This document shows positions 1 through 10,344 of a stretch of DNA of 64,000 nucleotides, in pieces (within the stretch, counting starts at the first letter, position 1; each line of letters starts with the position of its first letter). A program made the translations under genes and the position numbers. Origin of the DNA: an uncultured Methanosarcinales archaeon (GTDB lineage: Archaea; Nanobdellota; Nanobdellia; Woesearchaeales; GW2011-AR9); the NCBI GenBank assembly GCA_964527395.1, contig CAZGQD010000002.1, positions 24,245 to 88,244 of the forward strand, in the 5' to 3' direction. The notes under the pieces were generated by a model. That model did not search any database and was not told where the DNA came from. It was given only the letters and a program-made list of their open reading frames with translations.

Positions 1-487
1 CAAAACCATCACTCCTTCTTGGACTATTTGAATCATTGATAACATATAATCCACTTGGTCTTAAAACTCGATGAACTTCACTAAAAACTCCTCTATAATT
101 CACAGCACTTCCTATATCTGCAAACATTGCACTTTGATTAACTAGTGAAATTGAAGCATCTTCTAAAGGAATATCCTCTGCACTTGCAATCAAAGTAGAA
201 TCTCCTGGTCTCTTATATCTTAAATCTGAGTTCATACCAGAATATTCTTCAGAAAAAACTCTTGGATCTACATCTATGCTAATAATTTGACCAGAAAAAT
301 GCCCTCTTTCTCTAAGCCACAACAAAAAATCTGATCCAAAACCACAACCTATATCTAAAACTGTCCCACTCAGACCCCTAATAATCTTAAGATACTGATC
401 ATCATAATATCTAAATCCATCTCTTCTTACTCTTCCTAAGATGTTATAAGAATCTCTTTCCATTGGAGCATTTGATCTCATTATCAT
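1..487 (-). CDS. class I SAM-dependent methyltransferase, N-terminal 162 codons (continues past window start)
   Basis: Hand translation of - strand from ATG at 487: MIMRSNAPMERDSYNILGRVRRDGFRYYDDQYLKIIRGLSGTVLDIGCGFGSDFLL... VLDIGCGFG is SAM-binding motif I. The frame is open to the window edge, and it is absent from the ORF track because it has no stop in the window. Confidence 0.7.
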   Translation of the reverse strand, partial: MIMRSNAPMERDSYNILGRVRRDGFRYYDDQYLKIIRGLSGTVLDIGCGFGSDFLLWLRERGHFSGQIISIDVDPRVFSEEYSGMNSDLRYKRPGDSTLIASAEDIPLEDASISLVNQSAMFADIGSAVNYRGVFSEVHRVLRPSGLYVINDSNSPRRSDGF

Positions 488-554
488 TTTTCCTTTAAAA
501 AGCCCCATATTTTTAAAACAAACCCTCATAAATCAACTAAAACCCAACACAAAG

Positions 555-564
555 CTTTATAAAT
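555..564 (+). promoter_or_regulatory. TATA-box-like element upstream of S8e gene
   Basis: CTTTATAAAT lies about 25-32 nt upstream of the ATG at 589. The same spacing recurs before many genes in this window. Confidence 0.4.
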
Positions 565-588
565 GAATCATCATCCTAAGCACGTATT

Positions 589-963
589 ATGGCAAATTCA
601 TCTAGAAGAGCAAACAGAAAAGCTAGCGGTGGAAGATATACTGAAGACCGTAGCAAAAGAAAAAAGGAACTAGTTAGATTCCCAGCTATGACTAAGTTAG
701 AAGAAAAGAAATCTAAAACTATCAGAGTTGCTGGCGGAAACATTAAAAGAGTCCTTTTATCAGGAAATCAAATTAACGTTATCAAAAAAGACAACACTGC
801 AGCTAAAACAACTATTAAAAACGTAGTTGAAAACCCTGCTAACTCTAACTTAATTAGACGAAACATTCTAACTAAAGGTGCTGTTGTTGAAACAAATTTA
901 GGTAAAGTAAGAATTACTTCAAGACCAGGAAAAGACGCATGCTTAAACGGCGTTCAAATTTAA
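589..963 (+). CDS. rps8e: 30S ribosomal protein S8e
   Basis: 124 aa. The basic N-terminus RRANRKASGGRY...RKKE and the overall length are typical of archaeal S8e. Confidence 0.85.
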   Translation: MANSSRRANRKASGGRYTEDRSKRKKELVRFPAMTKLEEKKSKTIRVAGGNIKRVLLSGNQINVIKKDNTAAKTTIKNVVENPANSNLIRRNILTKGAVVETNLGKVRITSRPGKDACLNGVQI

Positions 964-1759
964 TTTTTTTTTCTTAAACTAATTTCTATCTATCATTAAA
1001 TCAACTATTCATAATTTCCTACCAAAAACCCATATTTTTCTATCAATTTACACGCCAAAACCATACCCACTGGACAAACCACTTTTGTGCTTAAATTCTC
1101 CAATTTTGTGCTTAAATCCATGACCCACTCCCCACTGGACAGGTGCGGGTAGCGCTTATAAAGCAAACATCCCATCGTAATTCTATCAAACAACGAAATT
1201 AAACAATCAACAAAAGGGGTGCAAAAAATGACAAACAATCTAAGGGACTTAAGTACAAACACCATAAAAAGACTTTTCGAAGAGCAGGTTAAACAACTAA
1301 CTATGCAAACTGTCGGAATCAATAATGAACCTATCCAATCTATAGAAAACCATCACGCAAGAGTCTTCGATTTCCAACTAAGTGGGGGGTGGGTATAATG
1401 TTAAATCAAAATAATTACCTCACAAACAACACTGAATTTAGAACAAAGACATACGAACGAGTTATGTATTTGCTATGGAAATACCAATCTCCAAAAATTA
1501 GCCTAGCTAAAACTCCCTTACAACAAAAGAAACTAGAATCTTTCCATACCTCTTTAATTTTAGAGGATCCTTTCCTCGCTTTAGCTTAACCAATCACAGT
1601 TCCATCCTAAAACACCTTTGGGGCAGCCATTCTTACCTCTGCCATCCTACTTCTTATGGCTGCTCCCACCTCCTTTTTACTCTGCCAACACAATTAATCT
1701 CCAAAAATAATGAACTTTTAGTCACAACACTTAAAACTATAACATAAACTTCAAACACT

Positions 1760-2335
1760 ATGGAAATCTTAAGTAAAAAAGACACCATTCTAAGAAAAAA
1801 AGAACTACAAAAACGTATTAAACAAGGTGCTATCTTCATTTATCCTACTGACACTATCTACGGCATTGGTTGTGACGCAACAAACAAAGAAGCAATCACT
1901 AAACTACGACAACTAAAAAACCGTCCAAACGACAAAGCACTATCAGTTTGGGCCCCTAGCATTGATTGGATCAAAAAAAACTGCGACACTAACTCCCAAA
2001 ACGCTCAAGAATACCTTCCTCTTCTACCAGGCAAATACACTCTTCTTATCCCTATCAAAAACAAAAATGCAGTAGCACAAAACACTGCTCCAAATAAAGA
2101 ACTTTTAGGAGTAAGGCTTCCAGACCATTGGCTCCAATCTTTTTTCCAAGAACTAAATTTACCAATAATTACAACTTCTGTAAACAAATCTGGAGAATCT
2201 TTCATGACTAGTATCGACAACCTTGACCAAAGAATAGGTAACCATGTTGACTTTATTATTAACGATGGAGAAACCAAAAACAAACCTTCAAAAATAATCA
2301 ATTGCAAGACGAAAGCAGAGATTGATCGAAGTTAG
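1760..2335 (+). CDS. YrdC/Sua5-domain protein (threonylcarbamoyl-AMP synthase TsaC-like)
   Basis: Motifs IFIYPTDTIYGIGCDA, LKNRPNDKALSV and ITTSVNKSGE match the PTDTVYG / KxRxxxKP / SAN-SG pattern of the YrdC family. Confidence 0.8.
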   Translation: MEILSKKDTILRKKELQKRIKQGAIFIYPTDTIYGIGCDATNKEAITKLRQLKNRPNDKALSVWAPSIDWIKKNCDTNSQNAQEYLPLLPGKYTLLIPIKNKNAVAQNTAPNKELLGVRLPDHWLQSFFQELNLPIITTSVNKSGESFMTSIDNLDQRIGNHVDFIINDGETKNKPSKIINCKTKAEIDRS

Positions 2336-2340
2336 ATAAC

Positions 2341-2868
2341 TCACTCTTCTCTGATATACATTCCAAGTTCACGATGAATAATACTAAATCCATAATCAAT
2401 ATGTAACTCACCTAAAATTGGCCACATTTTTCTTTGCAAACTATCTCTTGCTTTATAACAAATTTCACTTCTACTTACATTAACAACTAGCAAATTTGCC
2501 TCTCTTGGTACTACATTTTCTAGATAATCATCTTCATCGATTCTCTCAAAAATTCCTCCTGCCTCAGCAGCATAACTTTGAAGTTCAGCAACTCTTTGCT
2601 CAAAAGAAATTTCTGGTAAATCATTATACGTTTCAACTAAAGCTTCATAACCAATATGATTCCTATTTTTTTCTCCTATTGCTCTGATCTCCTCTTCTGA
2701 AAATTGTTCATAATGCTCAGCTAGCAAAGCAGCCTCTGCATCTGAAAACTTTTCAAAGATCCCTGAAACTCCTGCTGCCATCATTTCTAAATCTCCAAAA
2801 CTTTGATGATAAAGTGCTGGAGGTCCTTCCTGACTATGCAATAACACATACAATTGTTGTTCTTCCAC
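2341..2868 (-). CDS. hypothetical acidic protein
   Basis: 175-aa ORF with no recognisable motif. The coding call rests on length and the tight fit between neighbouring genes. Confidence 0.5.
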   Translation of the reverse strand: MEEQQLYVLLHSQEGPPALYHQSFGDLEMMAAGVSGIFEKFSDAEAALLAEHYEQFSEEEIRAIGEKNRNHIGYEALVETYNDLPEISFEQRVAELQSYAAEAGGIFERIDEDDYLENVVPREANLLVVNVSRSEICYKARDSLQRKMWPILGELHIDYGFSIIHRELGMYIREE

Positions 2869-2984
2869 AAACTAAAAGTAATAAAAAGCAACTTAAAAAC
2901 ATATCTAAACTCAAGAATATAACTAAAGCAACTATCAAAAAACCTAAGCTATATAAAGCATAAAATACTTCTTTAAAGATCAAG

Positions 2985-3665
2985 ATGGTTGATTTTGCTT
3001 CAATAATATCACTTTTAGGACAAGGTTTCGTAGAACTTCTTAAAGCTCCTTTTCAAAAACTAGAAATTTGGTGGTATTTATTCCCTATTCTTACACTTTG
3101 GTTAATCTTAGAAATTTACTTTGGTGAACACAAATCAGAAAAGATGGGTTGGAACACTGCTCTTGGTAACGGTTTTTCATTAACTTGGGTTACAATAGAA
3201 TCCATGAGAGTTTTGTTCGAGATGCAATACTCAAACTTCTTTTTCAGATTCATGGTTATCTTCCTAGCTCTATCTTATGGAGTTTTCATTATTTATGTAG
3301 CTTTCACTCACAAATTCGAAGAAAAAGTCACTTTTGCTCTAACTGGTACAACTCCAACTTACTTCCTTTCAGCTACAATGATACTTTGGGCCCACAACAC
3401 TTTCACTCTAACAATTTGGACGCTCATTGATTTAGTCATCCTCTTAGGAATTTTCATTGTAATCTCAATAATTCTAAAAAAGCTCCTTCCAAGTAAAAGT
3501 TCAGGTGGAGATCATGAATACGAAAAGTTCGGCTTTGATGACAAAAGCTCTTCTAGCAGTTCAAGTTCCAGCAGTTTCGAAGACTCAGCTTTCGGATCAA
3601 GTAGCAGCGAAACAAATGACTCAAGCAGCTCAGGTGGAGCAATGGACTTTCTTAATTTTAAGTAG
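2985..3665 (+). CDS. multi-pass membrane protein with Ser-rich C-terminal tail
   Basis: Several hydrophobic segments followed by DDKSSSSSSSSSSFEDSAFGSSSSETNDSSSSGG. A TATA-like CTATATAAAG lies about 30 nt upstream. Confidence 0.6.
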   Translation: MVDFASIISLLGQGFVELLKAPFQKLEIWWYLFPILTLWLILEIYFGEHKSEKMGWNTALGNGFSLTWVTIESMRVLFEMQYSNFFFRFMVIFLALSYGVFIIYVAFTHKFEEKVTFALTGTTPTYFLSATMILWAHNTFTLTIWTLIDLVILLGIFIVISIILKKLLPSKSSGGDHEYEKFGFDDKSSSSSSSSSSFEDSAFGSSSSETNDSSSSGGAMDFLNFK

Positions 3666-3715
3666 ATTCTCTAGAACCACAAACAATAAATACTTCCTAT
3701 AACCAAAAAAAAAGC

Positions 3716-3997
3716 ATGAAAACATGGAAAAAAATAGGAGTAATACTTGGTTTATCTGCAGCAGGATATGGATTCTACAAAGCCGTTGATTTAACAATGG
3801 ACTTAAGATCTTCTGCTAGACAAGCAGAATATGATTCAAACCTAAATCAAGCAAGAACTCTATTAGACACAAACGGTGACGGAACCTTATCACCTCAAGA
3901 ACTACAACCATTCTACCAAACAACTAACACTACTACTGAAAACTTCAGACCTAAACAAGGCCAATTAGAATCATTCCTAAACTCATACAACCCCTAA
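3716..3997 (+). CDS. small membrane-anchored protein with EF-hand-like Ca-binding loop
   Basis: N-terminal TM segment (IGVILGLSAAGYGFY) and DTNGDGTLSPQE, which matches the DxNxDGxxxxxE EF-hand loop. Confidence 0.5.
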   Translation: MKTWKKIGVILGLSAAGYGFYKAVDLTMDLRSSARQAEYDSNLNQARTLLDTNGDGTLSPQELQPFYQTTNTTTENFRPKQGQLESFLNSYNP

Positions 3998-5043
3998 AAA
4001 ACCAACTTCTCTCCATCTATATAAATAACAGGATCTTTAAAAGTCTGGTCTCCATGAAAGATTGTCTTAATTGCTCCACCAAACCAAGAGTTACTTCCAA
4101 TTCCAATATGCGCAGTCCCTTCAACTTTCTCATCCATTAAAGCAACACCCATCAAATTCACATTAGAATTGATTCCTATCCCAAACTCTCCAATCATCCT
4201 AACTCTATGAGGATATTTAGCACGAGCTTCAAACTTCTCAAAAGTCTTAACTAAAAGTTCAGCCTGCTCACCTGTAACTTTTCGAATCTTTCCTTTCTCT
4301 ATTTCAAGTGTAACTGGACTATCAAGTAAACAACTCCCGCTTTCATGACGTATACTTCCATCTATCACTAATTTACCATTCACTCCCTCGTACCCTTTTG
4401 GTGCAATATAAACTTCTCCAGCAGGCAAATTCCCACCTTTGCCATAATCTAAATAATTTCCATCATTACTAATAGAAGTCATCTCACTAATATCAATTAA
4501 CAACTCAGTTCCCATTTTGGTCCACACTCGAACTTCATTACCTTTATCAAGCAATTTCTTAATCTTCCTACCTTTTCGTTGCATTCGAGTATAATTCACA
4601 TTCATAGCTTCTACAAACATCTCAAACTGAGAGTTACGTGCATCACGAAGGCCAGTAGCTGAAGCAAAACGATGTCCTTTTTCACGACAAAACTTTCGAA
4701 AACTGCTCCCAGAACCAAAACGCCCCAATTTGTTAGAAACAGCCACTAAAACAACAGATTTCTCAGGCAGCATAGAAAGTGACATTTTCACATGCTTGTC
4801 CACATGCATAAACCCTTTCTTTTCTTCTTGAATTACTAAATGCACATCATGTTTCTTATCAAGCAAACCAAGGTAATATCCACGAGCGAGCATTAATGCA
4901 ATATTATGCCCAGAACTACCATAATCAGTAATAATCAACACTTTCTCATCCACTTTTGGCTTAATACATTGCTTTAATACTGAATAAAAAGTATCAGCAT
5001 GCTTTGCCACCATCTGTTCATGCATTTTTGTCAAAGAAAACAT
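3994..5043 (-). CDS. M29-family aminopeptidase (AmpS / aminopeptidase T-like)
   Basis: GNLPAGEVYIAPKG...VNGKLVIDGSI and DEKVEGTAHIGIGSN match the NxPxGEVF and DEK..GT.H.A.G blocks of peptidase M29. Confidence 0.75.
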   Translation of the reverse strand: MFSLTKMHEQMVAKHADTFYSVLKQCIKPKVDEKVLIITDYGSSGHNIALMLARGYYLGLLDKKHDVHLVIQEEKKGFMHVDKHVKMSLSMLPEKSVVLVAVSNKLGRFGSGSSFRKFCREKGHRFASATGLRDARNSQFEMFVEAMNVNYTRMQRKGRKIKKLLDKGNEVRVWTKMGTELLIDISEMTSISNDGNYLDYGKGGNLPAGEVYIAPKGYEGVNGKLVIDGSIRHESGSCLLDSPVTLEIEKGKIRKVTGEQAELLVKTFEKFEARAKYPHRVRMIGEFGIGINSNVNLMGVALMDEKVEGTAHIGIGSNSWFGGAIKTIFHGDQTFKDPVIYIDGEKLVF

Positions 5044-5111
5044 AAGAAAGTCACAACGTTATCTACTTAAAAAGATTGTTAGACTCAAGAAGCCAAAGGA
5101 ACTAAAAAACA

Positions 5112-6089
5112 TCAGGCTCTCTTAACAATCTTAGCAATAAAAAAACCACCAGTGTCATTATCTTGTGGCCAAACCCGAATGGTCTTCTTAACTTCTGAAG
5201 AATACTCCTTCCCTTCAAAGAAAACTACAGGCTCACCTCGAACCAATCCAGGCAATACTTCCTCAGAAACTACGCAAACTTCAGCATTAGTCCGTTGTTT
5301 AAGCAAATAATCAATCATTCCTTCATTTTCTTCAGGCTCAAGTGAACATGTAGAATAAACTAAAACCCCTCCAACCTTCAAATTATCAAAACCAGCCAAA
5401 ATCAACTTCTTTTGCTGATTTGCAATCTTCTTAACCATATTTGCATTCCACATTCGAATTGTTTTCAAACTTTTCCGTATTGTTCCAGTCCCACTACAAG
5501 GTGCATCAACAAGTACCCGATCAAAAGATTTACCAGAAATTCGTTCCCCATTCATAATTGTTATAATTGTATTTGTTATCCCACAACGCTGCAAATTCAT
5601 TCCAAGTGCAGTAATTCTAAGACCACGATAATCATTAGCAACAATCAAACCTTTGTTTTCCATCATCATTGCAATTTGTGTGGTCTTACTTCCTGGCGCA
5701 GAACACATATCTAGTACAGTTTCACCTGGCTGAGCCTCTAAAACAAGTGGTGGAATCATCGAAACTGCTTCTTGGACATAGATCTTACCAAGTTTGTATT
5801 CCTGCAAGTTCCCCACATCACGTCTGTCAGGATGCGATATCCAAAAACCAGAACTACACCATGGTATAGCTTCCAACTTCCATCCTTTAGCAGAAATACT
5901 CTCTCGAACAGATTCAACACTAGCACGGATTGTATTGACTCGAATAGAACGCTTCATAAAAGATAAACAATACTTCTTGAGCAATTCAAAATCAGTCAAA
6001 GCACTATAACGTTCAATAAAACCTGGCTTAAACTCATACTTCTCTGTTCCTGGTATTGCTTCTACTTCACTCATAAACAAACAAAACAA
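5112..6089 (-). CDS. NOL1/NOP2/Sun-family RNA cytosine-C5 methyltransferase
   Basis: VLDMCSAPGSKTTQ (SAM motif), DAPCSGTG (motif IV Cys) and YSTCSLEPEENE (motif VI Cys). The true start may be MSEVEA at 6074. Confidence 0.85.
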   Translation of the reverse strand: MFCLFMSEVEAIPGTEKYEFKPGFIERYSALTDFELLKKYCLSFMKRSIRVNTIRASVESVRESISAKGWKLEAIPWCSSGFWISHPDRRDVGNLQEYKLGKIYVQEAVSMIPPLVLEAQPGETVLDMCSAPGSKTTQIAMMMENKGLIVANDYRGLRITALGMNLQRCGITNTIITIMNGERISGKSFDRVLVDAPCSGTGTIRKSLKTIRMWNANMVKKIANQQKKLILAGFDNLKVGGVLVYSTCSLEPEENEGMIDYLLKQRTNAEVCVVSEEVLPGLVRGEPVVFFEGKEYSSEVKKTIRVWPQDNDTGGFFIAKIVKRA

Positions 6090-6150
6090 GCCTCCCTTTT
6101 TAAGCCTTAACCTAGAAAATTAGCTAAATCAGCATACCAAAACTTTCTTT

Positions 6151-6756
6151 TCAGCCATTTATAGTTACCTTTTTCATAAATTGAACAAATTTATCTTGTC
6201 CAAATAAGATAACTCCCTTATCCACAGATTCTATAAAAGCTTTATTGGGCTTCAATAGTTCATATTGAAACTCATTTTCAGTAAATTTGATAGCATGAAT
6301 TCTCTTGTCCAAAGTCATTTGAGCAGCATCCAAAACGCTCTGAACCTTCAAAAATTTACCTTTTTTTGCCACAACTACTAGGTCTATATCACTAGCTTTC
6401 TTATAAGAATGAAGCACACTTCCAAATAAAATCAAAAATTCACATTCACTTTCCAATTCAGAAAAATTTACCAACCAACGCTTTCTTTTTACTGCAAATT
6501 TAGTTAGATAATAAGAAATCAACTTTTCAACTAAAATATTCCCAAAATTAAGAGTCACTAAAGTCATACTTGTCTTCCCAGAACCAATTTTCTCAACTAA
6601 AACAAATTTCTCTTTCTCAAGTTTTTTTACAGCTTTCCAAACTCCTACTCTACTATTTCCTAACTTTTCAGATAAAGAACTTATAGTCCACCTTCTAGAA
6701 AAACCTCTAAAAATTGATAAAATTACTCTTCCTTCTAAATTTCCAACTATTTCCAT
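6151..6756 (-). CDS. winged-HTH + nucleotidyltransferase-domain protein (MNT-like)
   Basis: N-terminal wHTH-like segment (WTISSLSEKLGNSRVGVWKAVKKLEKEKFV) and the NTase motif LFGSVLHSYKKASDIDLVVV. No HEPN partner is seen nearby. Confidence 0.6.
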   Translation of the reverse strand: MEIVGNLEGRVILSIFRGFSRRWTISSLSEKLGNSRVGVWKAVKKLEKEKFVLVEKIGSGKTSMTLVTLNFGNILVEKLISYYLTKFAVKRKRWLVNFSELESECEFLILFGSVLHSYKKASDIDLVVVAKKGKFLKVQSVLDAAQMTLDKRIHAIKFTENEFQYELLKPNKAFIESVDKGVILFGQDKFVQFMKKVTING

Positions 6757-6885
6757 TTGATTAACAATTATTAATTATTAGTTAATACTTATAAATCTTA
6801 CCCTCAAAAATAAGCTAAATTACCTTAAAAGAATATAATCAAACAAATCCCCAAAAATAACCAAAAACAACTAAAACTAATTTCT

Positions 6886-7833
6886 CTAAGAATTCCTTCT
6901 CAAATACTCAACTACTTGTTCACAAACTCCAAGTGCAGCTTTGTAATAGTCCTCTACAGGATCTTTATCATTCTTAGTAAGCACATTAAGTACAGAATCA
7001 TTTCCACTAGAATCACGTTCAACTGGCAACTTTCCTTCACCAATCACAAACAACTCTTTCTCAGGATGAGTTAACCTTTTAAGTCTAGCATAAATATTCT
7101 CTACAACAGACAACAGCTTCAATTTGTCATATGTCCCTTCTTCATCAGTAAGTTCAGAAAAGGCATTATAAAGTTCACGTGGAATCACAATTTTGGAACG
7201 AATATCTTTAGATCCACCCTTTTTGTCACTATAAACCCGTCCAACTACAAAATTAATCGCTTTACATTTATCTTCAATCGCTCTAATTGTAACAGAAACT
7301 TTCTCATCATCAAGTTCCACAGCAGCTAGTTCCGAAGAAACATCTTCAGTATTGGTATAGATCACTGAATTAGAATCAACTGCCTTTCTACTACTAGTCA
7401 CTGGATGTACAAAACTAAGTATCATTGCATACACATAAGACACAACTAAATTCAGAACAGTTAGCATTCCCCCATCCATTGCAGCAAGTTCAGGAATCAC
7501 ATCTAAAGACCAAACCACATAAAACAACACTCCAAACAATAAAGGTAACAAATAAAGTAACTCCACCATTTCCTTTCCACGAAATAATAAAGTAAATATG
7601 GTCACTAGATAAAGTAAAACTGGTAAAAACCCAAGCCCAACCACAAACGGATTCTCTGGGATTGATACAGACAACAAAAACAAGAACAACAAGTAAAGCC
7701 CAAATGAAAGTGCAACTATAGCTTTAAGTCCCATTTCATGTAACTTTTCAGAAAAAGATCTTTTTCTAACATAAGGTTTCCTAGAAGAAGTTTTTGATCT
7801 CCTAGACTTAACTTTCATTGCTCTACCAGCCAT
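6886..7833 (-). CDS. hypothetical membrane protein
   Basis: Basic N-terminus, about 4 hydrophobic helices, soluble C-terminal domain. No recognised motif. Confidence 0.55.
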   Translation of the reverse strand: MAGRAMKVKSRRSKTSSRKPYVRKRSFSEKLHEMGLKAIVALSFGLYLLFLFLLSVSIPENPFVVGLGFLPVLLYLVTIFTLLFRGKEMVELLYLLPLLFGVLFYVVWSLDVIPELAAMDGGMLTVLNLVVSYVYAMILSFVHPVTSSRKAVDSNSVIYTNTEDVSSELAAVELDDEKVSVTIRAIEDKCKAINFVVGRVYSDKKGGSKDIRSKIVIPRELYNAFSELTDEEGTYDKLKLLSVVENIYARLKRLTHPEKELFVIGEGKLPVERDSSGNDSVLNVLTKNDKDPVEDYYKAALGVCEQVVEYLRRNS

Positions 7834-7931
7834 CTATAAAGAAACAAACAAATGTAGCATATAAAAGTTTTGTTCTAACTGATCCATCAAGAACAAACAT
7901 TTATTAACCAAAATACCTAAACTAAACTTAA

Positions 7932-8909
7932 ATGCAATCCTCTAAAAAAAAGTATAAAGAGCTATTCGAAACTTTAGAATATCTTAAACCCTTCAAATTC
8001 AAAATATTTCTCATAGTTATAAGCAGTATAATCATGATCTCATTTGGCCTTGTCCCTATTGAAATTTTCAAAAGAATCATAGATGAAGCTATCCCTGCAA
8101 AAAACATATCTTTGGTCTTCATTATGGTTGGAATCATCATCGGAACTCATATAACAAAACTAATAATTAGATACTTCCATGATTTATTGTTAACAAAAAT
8201 GCAATTAGACGTTGCTAGAAACATGCAAATTGACTTCTTTAAAAAATATCAAGAAACTAAAACTACTAAATTTGATACTGGTCAATTAATGGAAATCATA
8301 ATATATGATGTTAAAGAAGTAACAAAATCTGTATTCAACTTGATTATTTCTCCAATTTTAGATATAATTGGTATCCTAATCACAATTGCCTACATGTTTA
8401 CTGTAAGTCCCATCTTAGCTTTAGTTTCTATAGCTTTTATCCCTATTTTTCTTGGTTCAATCATTCCTGTAAACAAAATCATTAGAAAAGAATACACTCA
8501 AATCAAAAAAGCATACGCTAAGATATATAGTACTTTTGAAAAAAAACTAATAAAATTCTCTAATGTATTAAAAACAAATTCACATAAAAAAGAAAGAAAA
8601 GATTTAGACAAAAAAATAAAGCAATTTGATAATGTTGATTATGACTTTAAAAAATTCTCAATAAAAATTCAAAGCTATCTTGAATTAATTGGTGACATTG
8701 CTCCATACACAGTCCTATTAGTAGCAACATACCTAATAATAGAAGGCAGATTCGAAGTTGGTACTTTCATTGCCTTTAGTATGCTTATGCCTAGACTCTT
8801 TGGACCTGTAAAAAGTCTTGCTTCTAAAGAGGTAGAATTTCAAACTTTAATAGTTACAGCTAAACGAGTCTTCGGAAAGCTAGATAAAGCAACACAAAAA
8901 AAGAAATAA
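7932..8909 (+). CDS. ABC exporter transmembrane domain only (no nucleotide-binding domain)
   Basis: Type-I exporter TMD pattern: 6 hydrophobic helices, FFKKYQETKTTKFDTGQLM, and an ending of AKRVFGKLDKA where an NBD normally follows. No Walker A follows in any frame. Confidence 0.65.
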   Translation: MQSSKKKYKELFETLEYLKPFKFKIFLIVISSIIMISFGLVPIEIFKRIIDEAIPAKNISLVFIMVGIIIGTHITKLIIRYFHDLLLTKMQLDVARNMQIDFFKKYQETKTTKFDTGQLMEIIIYDVKEVTKSVFNLIISPILDIIGILITIAYMFTVSPILALVSIAFIPIFLGSIIPVNKIIRKEYTQIKKAYAKIYSTFEKKLIKFSNVLKTNSHKKERKDLDKKIKQFDNVDYDFKKFSIKIQSYLELIGDIAPYTVLLVATYLIIEGRFEVGTFIAFSMLMPRLFGPVKSLASKEVEFQTLIVTAKRVFGKLDKATQKKK

Positions 8910-8974
8910 ACCAATAATTTCTCACATTCTAAACGCTTTTTTCTCTTCTCAAAAAAATCATTCTAAACTAAAAT

Positions 8975-9062
8975 AATATATTCTCCCAAAATATACTATT
9001 AATTAATAATATATTCTACCAAAATATACAAAACACTATTAATATATTACCAAAAGATATAT
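8975..9062 (+). promoter_or_regulatory. three 22-bp dyad-containing repeats at 33-bp spacing upstream of COG1373 ATPase gene
   Basis: AATATATTCTCCCAAAATATAC (8975), AATATATTCTACCAAAATATAC (9008) and AATATATTACCAAAAGATATAT (9041). Each contains TATATT...AATATA dyad symmetry, and the last overlaps a TATA-like box about 25 nt before the ATG at 9088. Confidence 0.5.
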
Positions 9063-9087
9063 AAATGATAACCATTTATAAACAAAC

Positions 9088-10344
9088 ATGAACAAAGAGA
9101 TCATAAAACAGCTAGTACTAGAACAACAAGAACTATTCAATCAAAAAGAAAGAATCATCAAAAGACCCCTTCAAGAAAACATCCTTAAATCAAAGAAAAT
9201 CATTGTAATCACAGGTGTTAGACGTTGTGGTAAATCAACGTTACTAAAACAAATATCAAAAAAATACCACTCATTTTTCTACTTCAATTTCGAAGATGAA
9301 AGGCTTTTAGACTTCACTCGCCATGACTTCAACACCCTTTTAGAAGTCTTTCTAGAACTAAACTCAAAAGTAAAAACTTTCTTTTTTGATGAAATTCAAG
9401 AAATCACTGGCTGGGAAAAATTCGCAAGACGCCTTTTCACAAACAACTACAAATTATTCATCACAGGATCAAACGCTAAACTTCTAAGCTCTGAAATTGC
9501 CACATCCCTTACTGGAAGAAACCTAAAAATAGAATTATTCCCCTTCAGTTTCAAAGAATTCATCCAATTCAAAAAAATTCCTCTAAAAGATACTTATCAA
9601 ACAAAAGAAAAAGCCAAAATATCTTCACTTTTCGAAGAATATTTCAACTTAGGAGGATTCCCTGAAGTCGCTATCACAAAAGACAAACAAGAACTAATCG
9701 AAATCTACCAAGACGTCCTCATCAAAGACATTTTAGTCAGATTCAGGATAAAAGATTCTAAAGAATTTAGAGAACTATCCCTATTCCTAATTTCAAATAT
9801 CTCAAAAAGAGTTAGTTTCAACAACATAAAAAATCTACTAAAATTCAGCAATACTTCAAAAGTAAAAAATTATATGGATTTTCTAACACAAGCATACCTT
9901 TTTTTCCCTCTTTTTCTCTATAACAGTTCAGTAAAAAGACAAATTATCAACAAAAGAAAAATTTATGCTATTGACACAGGAATTATTAACTCAATTGCCT
10001 TTCAAACAAGCAAAAATGCAGGCAGTATTCTAGAAAATATTGTCTTCCTTGAACTAAAAAGAAAACAAAAAGACATTTTTTACTACTCTGATAAAAAAGA
10101 ATGTGACTTTGTAATTAGAACTGGCACAAAAATAACTCATGCTATTCAAGTATCATATGAAATGTCAAACCCAAAAACTCGGCAAAGAGAAATTGAAGGT
10201 TTAATGGAAGCACTAGATAGGTTCAACCTAAACTCTGGATTCATTATTACAAAAAGCGAAGAAAAAACAATAGAATACGAAGAAAAAAAAATAAAGATCA
10301 TTCCTATAACTAAATTTCTCATGTTTGGACTAGAAAATAACTAA
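9088..10344 (+). CDS. AAA+ ATPase of the COG1373 / DUF4143 type
   Basis: Walker A ITGVRRCGKST and Walker B FFFDEIQ, with a C-terminal block ECDFVI...AIQVSYEM typical of this family. Paralogue of 13757..15019. Confidence 0.8.
   Translation: MNKEIIKQLVLEQQELFNQKERIIKRPLQENILKSKKIIVITGVRRCGKSTLLKQISKKYHSFFYFNFEDERLLDFTRHDFNTLLEVFLELNSKVKTFFFDEIQEITGWEKFARRLFTNNYKLFITGSNAKLLSSEIATSLTGRNLKIELFPFSFKEFIQFKKIPLKDTYQTKEKAKISSLFEEYFNLGGFPEVAITKDKQELIEIYQDVLIKDILVRFRIKDSKEFRELSLFLISNISKRVSFNNIKNLLKFSNTSKVKNYMDFLTQAYLFFPLFLYNSSVKRQIINKRKIYAIDTGIINSIAFQTSKNAGSILENIVFLELKRKQKDIFYYSDKKECDFVIRTGTKITHAIQVSYEMSNPKTRQREIEGLMEALDRFNLNSGFIITKSEEKTIEYEEKKIKIIPITKFLMFGLENN

Noticed and set aside
1005-1322. 105-aa ORF on the - strand (and the 66-aa ORF 1389..1589 on +)
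   Set aside because: Odd Cys/Leu/Phe-rich composition, partly generated by the duplicated DNA motifs, with no promoter-like TATA at the right distance. The region is treated as non-coding.
1621-1668. Hairpin GGGCAGCCAT...ATGGCTGCTCCC as SRP RNA helix 8 or part of RNase P RNA
   Set aside because: On the - strand GGGAGCAGCC loosely recalls the SRP GGGAGCA motif, but the adjacent GNAR tetraloop and 5'-side partner are missing. RNase P CR-I (GAGGAAAGUCC) and CR-V (ACAGAA..GGCUUA) are not present, so the evidence is insufficient.
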